From positions 1-64,000 of IMG/VR virus record IMGVR_UViG_2895532408_000002: a stretch of DNA of 64,000 nucleotides; one strand, 5' to 3'. Below the pieces are notes generated by a model, which saw only the letters and a program-made list of their open reading frames with translations, was not told where the DNA came from and ran no database searches. Origin of the DNA: a virus. Lineage: Duplodnaviria > Caudoviricetes. Each line of letters starts with the position of its first letter. Within the stretch, counting starts at the first letter, position 1. Made by a program: the position numbers and the translations under genes. This document shows, piece after piece, positions 39,228 to 45,798 of the stretch.

Positions 39228-39441
39228 CGTCAATTTCCTCAGCAATTTTTCCCGCTTCCAGTAACTTGCGGTACTTAAGTACGTTCTCGGGGGAATAGTC
39301 CATAAGACCAAAGGACTTTTTACCCGTTTCTAAACAAAGCGCAGGGCCGTAAACATTTAGGTTTATCGACTCAAGGTAAGTGATAACTTCAATAAGCGTC
39401 TTGTTTCTGGGACGCTTTATCTTCGAGGTGTCTTCACTCAT
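39220..39441 (-). CDS. Hypothetical protein
   Basis: Coupled ORF ending EEIDDE. Confidence 0.6.
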   Translation of the reverse strand: MSEDTSKIKRPRNKTLIEVITYLESINLNVYGPALCLETGKKSFGLMDYSPENVLKYRKLLEAGKIAEEIDDE

Positions 39442-39926
39442 TACTCTTCCCCTTCAGGTAAGGTTGCAAGGTAGGCCAAAACATCGTCTTGTAGAGCGAG
39501 AACGTTACGTATCTTCTGCTCGTTCGCTTCGATAAAGCCGGTTAAGTCGTTGGGTGTCTCCCCGCCAAAGTCCACGCGGCCATCACCCATACGGTCCTCG
39601 ATGTTCAGTTGCTTGCAGTAGCGTTCGGCTTGCTCGTAGGTGGTGCAGTCTGGAACGTGGGTTTGATCTTCCGTACAGACGTCAAACAGCACGCGAGGTT
39701 TGATAAAGAAGGGGCCTTCATCACATTCGATTTTGTGATCTTTAACTTCACCATGCACCACACCTGAGAATAACTGCTCACTTTCGTAGATTCGCTGGCA
39801 CTCTTGCTTTAGGGCATTTATCGTTTGCCTAGCGTCCTCTAGTTTCTTTTGCAACGACTCTATAACGTCCACTAGTTCGTCATTACGGAAGTTTTTCAAA
39901 TAGTTATTTCTGTCAATTTCACTCAT
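39441..39926 (-). CDS. Hypothetical protein
   Basis: Start MSEIDR after start motif. Confidence 0.6.
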   Translation of the reverse strand: MSEIDRNNYLKNFRNDELVDVIESLQKKLEDARQTINALKQECQRIYESEQLFSGVVHGEVKDHKIECDEGPFFIKPRVLFDVCTEDQTHVPDCTTYEQAERYCKQLNIEDRMGDGRVDFGGETPNDLTGFIEANEQKIRNVLALQDDVLAYLATLPEGEE

Positions 39927-40074
39927 CGTCAATTTCCTTAAAGTCACAATAAATTGGCCCTTCATCAGGAGCCATAAAGTCAATTTCTGGGTCGGTAGCA
40001 AACTCACAATGCTCAACCGATTTATACCCGTCACCTAGCATGGTGCCACCACACTTTTTGCACACTTGGCGCAT
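39919..40074 (-). CDS. 51-aa Cys-containing protein not in the ORF track (MRQVCKKCGG...KEIDDE)
   Basis: ATG directly after GGAGATTGACG; hand translation. Confidence 0.7.
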   Translation of the reverse strand: MRQVCKKCGGTMLGDGYKSVEHCEFATDPEIDFMAPDEGPIYCDFKEIDDE

Positions 40075-40114
40075 CGTCAATCTCCAAAAGAGGGGGGGAA
40101 TGTTCCCACCCTAG

Positions 40115-40294
40115 TTATCTAAAAAAGCTCACGTTCTGACAAAACGCATTTACCATTTTTAGGGTCTTGTCTGTGGCTACACTTTCTAACACTCGAATAG
40201 CGGCAATTACCCCACGCTTGCTGTCTTCAAATCGCAAGATATGAAGTATCTTTCCCGTATCCAGCTCCGAGATAACCCACATCGCCTCATTCAT
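40115..40294 (-). CDS. Hypothetical protein
   Basis: Coupled ORF. Confidence 0.5.
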   Translation of the reverse strand: MNEAMWVISELDTGKILHILRFEDSKRGVIAAIRVLESVATDKTLKMVNAFCQNVSFFR

Positions 40295-40769
40295 CTTCCG
40301 CTTCCTCACGTTTCCAGCGTTTTAGTTCACGCTCTTTGAAGGCCAGCACATGCTTCATATAAGTTAGGGCGTCCGACGCAGAGGGATTAGGCTTCGTTAT
40401 ATGATTAAATCCAAGTTCAGTTTCAGGTAGATAAAACCCTGCAAAAGTCCCTCGCTCTTCATAGTGGCTACCAATTATCGACCACGCTAAATCCCCAATT
40501 TCGTCAAGTAACGAATCACTTACGTGCTCAGCCGTTTCCCTCGCTCGGAAATAGGGCATATCAACCTCAAGGAATTTCTGAATTTTAGGATTAACCGCTC
40601 CATACCCAGCAACACACGCTGCCGTACCACAAGTGTGAATATCTACGGACTGGTCAGGGATTTCCTCATTCTCAAAATATGTTTGAATATCAAACGGCAG
40701 CTCAGACGCAACCACTTGTTCCATGGTCTCGATTAATAGTCTTAGCAGGGGAAAATTACCGGTACTCAT
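40287..40769 (-). CDS. Hypothetical protein, paralog of 38331-39227
   Basis: DIHTCGTAACVAGYGAV. Confidence 0.7.
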   Translation of the reverse strand: MSTGNFPLLRLLIETMEQVVASELPFDIQTYFENEEIPDQSVDIHTCGTAACVAGYGAVNPKIQKFLEVDMPYFRARETAEHVSDSLLDEIGDLAWSIIGSHYEERGTFAGFYLPETELGFNHITKPNPSASDALTYMKHVLAFKERELKRWKREEAEDE

Positions 40770-41254
40770 AAGTCACCTCTCTGGGCAAGCGAAACCGTCG
40801 GAGAACCCTTACCCTTACCCACCACCAAATGATCGAGTAACGGCACATCGATAGCCGACAGTGCTTGTTTAATCTCTTGTGTCAAACGAATATCCGCTGT
40901 GCTTGGCTCGGGATGGCCCGAAGGATGGTTATGCGCGATTATCAACGCCGCAGCATTCAGCTCTAAAACACGACGAATAATCTCACGAGGGTAAACCGAG
41001 GCCGAATTTATCGTACCTTCAAACATTATTTCACCCGCAATCAAACCGTGTTGAGCATCAAGGAACACGCAAAGAAAACGTTCGCGAGAACCCTCAGACA
41101 GTAGTAAGGAACAGTATTGCTTGCTGGCCTCAGCATTGGAGATTTTGTAGCGGCCATAATGGTTAGGCTGTTTCTCACGAATGATGTTTAGCGCTCGAGT
41201 GATAGCGCGTTTCTCAGTAGGGGTGTAAGGACCACAATCAGTTAGTTTAGTCAT
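40766..41254 (-). CDS. RadC-like JAB-domain protein
   Basis: ERFLCVFLD, GTIN...VYPREI, AHNHPSG..EPS.AD, LLDHLVVG. Confidence 0.92.
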   Translation of the reverse strand: MTKLTDCGPYTPTEKRAITRALNIIREKQPNHYGRYKISNAEASKQYCSLLLSEGSRERFLCVFLDAQHGLIAGEIMFEGTINSASVYPREIIRRVLELNAAALIIAHNHPSGHPEPSTADIRLTQEIKQALSAIDVPLLDHLVVGKGKGSPTVSLAQRGDL

Positions 41255-41327
41255 AGTCGTCAATTTCCAATTTTTAAAAAGTTAATTACCAAAGTTTTCG
41301 AACAAAGGGGGGAACATTCCCCCCCTC

Positions 41328-41822
41328 TTAGGCGACGTCTTTCGCTCTTACCTCGAGCATGGCCAGAAGATAATCGGCGTAGCTAATGAAATCATCCAGA
41401 TACTCACTACCCAGATACAACCACGCAAAACGTTTAATACTTGCAAGGTCAAGTCCTATACCTTCAGCCGAATACCGGCGAATGTGGATATTGACCCCCA
41501 AGAGCGAATCAATCAGCAACGAGCCCGCTTCAAAATCATCCAGCACAAGACTCACTTCTTCCACCAAGGCACAGATAAACGCGGATTCAATTAACATCCA
41601 GTGCGAATACTTCCAGCCCATCAAGGACCGAATCTTCGCATCACGGACACAGTAACCCTCAATCGTCGTGTGTGGTGTGTCTTGGGTTATCGGCTTGAGG
41701 TTCTGAATCGAGGCCCGAGAGCCTTCGTCTTCACCTTCGAGCGTCATAGCCAAACGACCACAGTTTCTCGCCGTATGTGCAACCGCAATCATACGCCGGA
41801 AAATAGGCAGATTTTTACTCAT
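41328..41822 (-). CDS. Hypothetical protein
   Basis: ATG after motif variant GAGATTGACGATT. Confidence 0.6.
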   Translation of the reverse strand: MSKNLPIFRRMIAVAHTARNCGRLAMTLEGEDEGSRASIQNLKPITQDTPHTTIEGYCVRDAKIRSLMGWKYSHWMLIESAFICALVEEVSLVLDDFEAGSLLIDSLLGVNIHIRRYSAEGIGLDLASIKRFAWLYLGSEYLDDFISYADYLLAMLEVRAKDVA

Positions 41823-41853
41823 AATCGTCAATCTCACTAATTGTCGGGTTAAA

Positions 41854-42240
41854 CTATGCCGATTCTCGGGCCGCAGCGCCACTACACGAAGACTTCTCGG
41901 TGAATTCGTCCTTACCTAGCACCTTCTCCATTGCACCCGCTGAGGATGCGATAGAGGCCGCGCATTCAACACCACAGTTAAAACCAAAATCCACGAGTTT
42001 TTCGACCACTGAAAAGTCCAGGCCGAGTTCTTGACTCAGCGCTTGAGTACGACGGTGCATTTCACCGAGGTCGTCCGTGCCCTTCAGAGCGTCGGATTTT
42101 CGGTAGAGACCAATGAGACATTCGATTTGCTTGGCTTTCATCTGCATGACAGCTTCAGCAATCTCACGCTGGGTTTGGCGCATGAGTTCACGAGGGGAGG
42201 GAGCAGTCTGGTTTACAGGCTGGGGGATGGTTGTAGTCAT
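41854..42240 (-). CDS. Hypothetical protein, first gene after the 42.3-kb promoter
   Basis: ATG after start motif. Confidence 0.65.
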   Translation of the reverse strand: MTTTIPQPVNQTAPSPRELMRQTQREIAEAVMQMKAKQIECLIGLYRKSDALKGTDDLGEMHRRTQALSQELGLDFSVVEKLVDFGFNCGVECAASIASSAGAMEKVLGKDEFTEKSSCSGAAARESA

Positions 42241-42301
42241 ATCGTCAATTTCCTAAGTTAATTAATCGGCTCACGCCGTAACACCCCGAAGGGCGGATTT
42301 A

Positions 42302-42330
42302 GTTATACAAGGGCAAAATGCCCCCGTCAA
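42302..42330 (-). promoter_or_regulatory. Sigma70-like promoter driving the leftward accessory operon
   Basis: TTGACG-17-TATAAC. Confidence 0.65.
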
Positions 42331-42828
42331 TTGCAATGGTCTGATTAGGACCAAAAACACAATTTTGGTGTGGTTCAAATTCACAGGGTTTTGTTGGTCG
42401 TTGCGACAGTGAGGACCACCCGTGAATTCAAAATCCCTGTCGCGCAAAAGTTACAGCTCGTCACGCAAAGGTCGTTTGCCAGATCACTGCGGCTTGCAGC
42501 AAGTCACAAGGAGGAACACGGACAACGCTTGTAAATAATCCTTGGCTACGAATTAAAACGAAAGCGAAGTTTTTAAAAGTATACTTCTTAAAAAATGTTC
42601 CCAGTAAAATATATAAATGTACATTTAATAACGAAAGTTTGTGGGAACATTTTTGTCACCGGCTCTGTAGGCCTTATCCACCACGGCATTGCGAGTAATA
42701 AATACCCTCACCGAAGTTACGCGTAACTGGTCAAATTTCGCACAGCTACAGGCCGCATTCTACCGTTCGAGCATTTCGCAAAAAACGCTGAGAAAGTTTA
42801 TGAGAACACAAAACCTAAGTTATTGAAT

Positions 42829-43137
42829 CTAGGCCCTTAAATTGGTCTTGTGTGTGACTTTTAAGGGTTCTGCACAGGTTACGTCAAAAAGTTTACGGGA
42901 ACAGGTGTTAACTGGCTCGGGAATGTCTGTTTTGGCCAGTCTAATTGTTGTGCTCATTTCGCAAACTAACAACATTTGGTGATGCTTTGCTACGCGCTCG
43001 GGGTCCAAATTACCTAGCTGTAAGAGTGTCACACCTTTCAATTCTAGCGTGCCAATCTCGTATTGTAGCGTGCCGTATTGGAGGACAACCACTGGCTTAG
43101 GCCAGCCAAAATATACCGAAACGTTATTAAATTTCAT
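42829..43137 (-). CDS. Hypothetical protein
   Basis: Start MKFNN after start motif. Confidence 0.55.
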   Translation of the reverse strand: MKFNNVSVYFGWPKPVVVLQYGTLQYEIGTLELKGVTLLQLGNLDPERVAKHHQMLLVCEMSTTIRLAKTDIPEPVNTCSRKLFDVTCAEPLKVTHKTNLRA

Positions 43138-43461
43138 CGTCAATTTCCTGTCAAAAAGTGTCCAAAATTGTCTCAAAATGGGGGAGAATGTTCCCCCCTT
43201 TAGGCTCTTAACCTATCTCAAAATGGGGGAGAATGTTCCCCCCCTTAGGCCCTAAAATCGGGCTCGGTTTTGAGGTTAAGGCAAATACCTGTGGCCTTAA
43301 ATTACTTTACACGACCCTTGTATAGGTCCTATATTCTCATGCGAGAAGCTTGGGGAGAGGGTTGAGGGTTGGAATCGGCCCTGCTCCTATTTCCGCGCTG
43401 TCAACACTTGATTCGAATTTTTCGATTCTTTTTATCGAACCAAAAACCACCAGCCTAGATT

Positions 43462-43722
43462 TTAGATTCTATTTTTTAGAATGAATCCGCCTTTCCACCA
43501 GCAAAAGCGCACTTCCACCAGCCGAAAATGACTTCTTCTATCGTGAGCTTCATCCCACAAACTGAAAATCGAGATCAAGAACAGCGGAATACTAGCGTAA
43601 CTAGGTACACCTATTAGGCCCAGGCCCTCGGCACTCGAAATGAGGACCGTGAACCCAGCCACCAGCGTGAGAAAGTGCACCATAAACGCAATAAATAAAG
43701 CTATATCTGTACGTTTAATCAT
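43462..43722 (-). CDS. Small two-TM membrane protein
   Basis: Two hydrophobic segments; motif variant GGAAATTGATGATG. Confidence 0.6.
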   Translation of the reverse strand: MIKRTDIALFIAFMVHFLTLVAGFTVLISSAEGLGLIGVPSYASIPLFLISIFSLWDEAHDRRSHFRLVEVRFCWWKGGFILKNRI

Positions 43723-43735
43723 CATCAATTTCCTT

Positions 43736-43918
43736 TTAGTTGAACAAGTGTGGTTCGGTAAAATATAAATCCCGAATATTCTCTTCAGTTAAGACTTTTA
43801 CGTGCTTTTTTAATTTAGAAAGTAGAATGGTTCGTGTGTATGGGCCATCGTGAATAACAAACCCTGCCCTTTGCTTACCATGCGGGCCCATGAGTAGCTT
43901 GCTTTGCACTGTAATCAT
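43736..43918 (-). CDS. Hypothetical protein
   Basis: Motif variant GGAAATTGATGATG plus dyad upstream. Confidence 0.6.
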   Translation of the reverse strand: MITVQSKLLMGPHGKQRAGFVIHDGPYTRTILLSKLKKHVKVLTEENIRDLYFTEPHLFN

Positions 43919-44150
43919 CATCAATTTCCTTGTATCTGGGGGGAATGTTCCCCCCTAAAAATCGCCGCGACAGTCACGGCCCTGTAGTTGCCCAAATTCC
44001 CTTCGCGCCAATTGCTATAACAATCCACCAGCCTAGACCCTAGAAACGAGGCCCTAGGCACGCAATACGCTAATAAAGAACCGCGTATACCCACCAGCAC
44101 GCACATCATGTATATGATGTAGGCACGCGCTTAATAGCTTCGCGAAAAGT

Positions 44151-44189
44151 AAAAAACCGATTAGTACTAGCCGTACTAATCGGTTTTTT
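44151..44189. terminator. Bidirectional intrinsic terminator
   Basis: AAAAAACCGATTAGTAC-TAGCC-GTACTAATCGGTTTTTT. Confidence 0.85.
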
Positions 44190-44231
44190 ATTTCTCGAAT
44201 TGAGGGGGGAATGTTCCCCCCCTTGGTCCGC

Positions 44232-44951
44232 TTACTTGGTCAATTGCTTTTCGATATCCTTTTGAATATCTAGCGTTAATGCAAGCATAGCTTTGGCAAC
44301 TTTTGCGCGGTGAGTCTTAGGTAAACCAGCCGCGTCTAGGGCCTCAAGTTGGTGATTGATCAATGCTTGAGTGTGATCCTCAAGCTTAGAAACTAGGGCC
44401 TGAACCGCACTTGTTACATTGTCGTCCGCTGCACGTTTAGCCGCGCCCCCCTCTTTATCCTTGCCTTTTACCGGCTCGTTTTTCGCGTCCTTGCTTGGCT
44501 TTTCTTCTTTCGCGTTAGCCGGTAAATAACCCTCTAAAAAGGCCAACCATTCCACGCGCCCTTGTGGAGCAGTACCCGCGCCGTAAATATCCGCGCTTAA
44601 TACCTTGTCACCTATTTGCGCAAAAGTGCCGTTTAATTCGATGGTTTTGATAGCGTCGAAAAACTTGGTTAGATATTGGCGGTTATCATTTACGAATTTC
44701 ACGTAAGTTTTCCAATAGCCTTTCGCCTGATTGTATAGGCGTGAGCTATCGCGGTTAGCTTTTGTACGTTGGTTAGCTGGCACGCCGTACAAGTCGCAAC
44801 AAAGCGCAATATTAGCGCCTTTTTCCATGTTGTGTGCTACGGCATAGCAAGCGATAGCCATTTTCACGGCTGGCACACGTAGATCATTCTTATCAGCAGT
44901 AACAAGCGCAGAAGCAAAAACAGAAGCGTTAAAAGTGGTGGTAGTAGTCAT
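44232..44951 (-). CDS. Hypothetical protein, monocistronic, probably very early
   Basis: Own candidate promoter, dyads on both sides, terminator downstream. Confidence 0.7.
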   Translation of the reverse strand: MTTTTTFNASVFASALVTADKNDLRVPAVKMAIACYAVAHNMEKGANIALCCDLYGVPANQRTKANRDSSRLYNQAKGYWKTYVKFVNDNRQYLTKFFDAIKTIELNGTFAQIGDKVLSADIYGAGTAPQGRVEWLAFLEGYLPANAKEEKPSKDAKNEPVKGKDKEGGAAKRAADDNVTSAVQALVSKLEDHTQALINHQLEALDAAGLPKTHRAKVAKAMLALTLDIQKDIEKQLTK

Positions 44952-45038
44952 TATCGTCAATCCTTAAAAGTTAATTTGTTGGTGGGGGAATGTTCCCCCC
45001 TCGAGTCAGTAAGTCGCTACTTGCCCCGAGTTGTATTC

Positions 45039-45068
45039 ACTATATAAGGGGGGGTAGATTTTATGCAA
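45039..45068 (-). promoter_or_regulatory. Candidate sigma70 promoter
   Basis: TTGCAT-18-TATAGT. Confidence 0.5.
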
Positions 45069-45146
45069 GAAAATGGGGCGATATAGTGGGGTGGTCATCA
45101 CACGCCACCTGAAAAATTTTTGGAATTTTGGAAGGTTATAGCTACT

Positions 45147-45257
45147 ACCCTCAACCCTAGAACCGAGAACCGAGAACCGAAATCCTCAACCCTCAACCCG
45201 AGAACCTAGACCCAAGACACAAAAACTCAATCCTAGACCCGAGAACCTAGACCCAAA
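45147..45257 (+). repeat. Array of about 16 degenerate heptamers (ACCCTCA/ACCCTAG/AACCGAG/AACCTAG/ACCCGAG)
   Basis: 7-bp periodicity over 111 bp with strong A/C strand bias. Confidence 0.8.
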
Positions 45258-45287
45258 AGTGAACCTTAGGAATATAAAACGAGTAGT

Positions 45288-45323
45288 AAAAGAAAACCCC
45301 GAGGGTTGGGCCACTCGGGGTTT
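45288..45323 (-). terminator. Intrinsic terminator with no convincing CDS upstream
   Basis: Minus strand AAACCCCGAG...CTCGGGGTTTTCTTTT. Confidence 0.75.
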
Positions 45324-45520
45324 GAGACGTTCAACGTAATCAGAGGTCGTTGTGCGTAGGATAAGCTTGAAACTAGGTATGTATACAGGAGTACAAAAGT
45401 TAGAACAGCTTTATCGTCAATTTCCAGATTGTAGGAGTGGTTAAGGTGTCGAGCCCCCACTCGGTTGATTAGCCTTTAAAGGTGTATGTGCATATACAAG
45501 ACTTTATTTGCTGTCAACGC
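45288..45520. ncRNA. Candidate regulatory small RNA carrying an orphan copy of the start motif (strand unresolved)
   Basis: TTATCGTCAATTTCCAGATTGTA at 45411-45433 with no start codon; flanking hairpins; terminator; TTGACA and TTGACC boxes on the minus strand. Confidence 0.45.
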
Positions 45521-45719
45521 CAACTAAAGTATAAAATTTTTCTTAAGTGGTCAAGCCAGTAAATAGGGGTTTACCCCCCGTATTCATAGGATAAGCTTAA
45601 AGCATTAAGCTCTTCAGCATGATTCTAAACACACAATTAAACTGTGTTTACCTAAGAATACAAATAGACAAACTGAAGCGATTTACACACACCCTAATTG
45701 TGTGAACGAAAAATTAAAA

Positions 45720-45751
45720 AAGCCAAAAATAATTTAAATTATTTTTGGCTT
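45720..45751 (-). terminator. 32-bp perfect palindrome, probable terminator of the primase gene
   Basis: AAGCCAAAAATAATTTAAATTATTTTTGGCTT followed by a T-run on the minus strand. Confidence 0.6.
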
Positions 45752-45798
45752 AATAAGGTTTTGATTGTTTAGTGTCCGGTTATTGGCCTATCCGTGGC

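Larger units (their letters stand above)
27983..45000. repeat. 13 intergenic dyads GGGGG(A)GAA(CA/TG)TTCCCCC
   Basis: Copies start at 27983, 30090, 32348, 32628, 34867, 37859, 40092, 41307, 43180, 43225, 43938, 44204, 44984. Confidence 0.92.

Noticed and set aside
42318-42332. AATTGACGGGGGC and the start motif resemble 16S rRNA segments (GAATTGACGGGGGC; 5' AAATTGAAGA)
   Set aside because: Short and in the same sense as rRNA, so it cannot pair with it; no flanking rRNA sequence; treated as coincidence
27983-45000. Dyad repeats as a CRISPR array or integron attC sites
   Set aside because: Spacing is irregular and gene-sized, no cas genes are present, there are no RYYYAAC/GTTRRRY ends, and the integrase looks phage-type
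45266-45460. 64-aa ORF over the candidate RNA locus
   Set aside because: GTG start without an RBS, and it runs through the terminator hairpin
45720-45751. Perfect palindrome as a protelomerase target
   Set aside because: No protelomerase gene seen; position after a stop codon plus T-run fits a terminator
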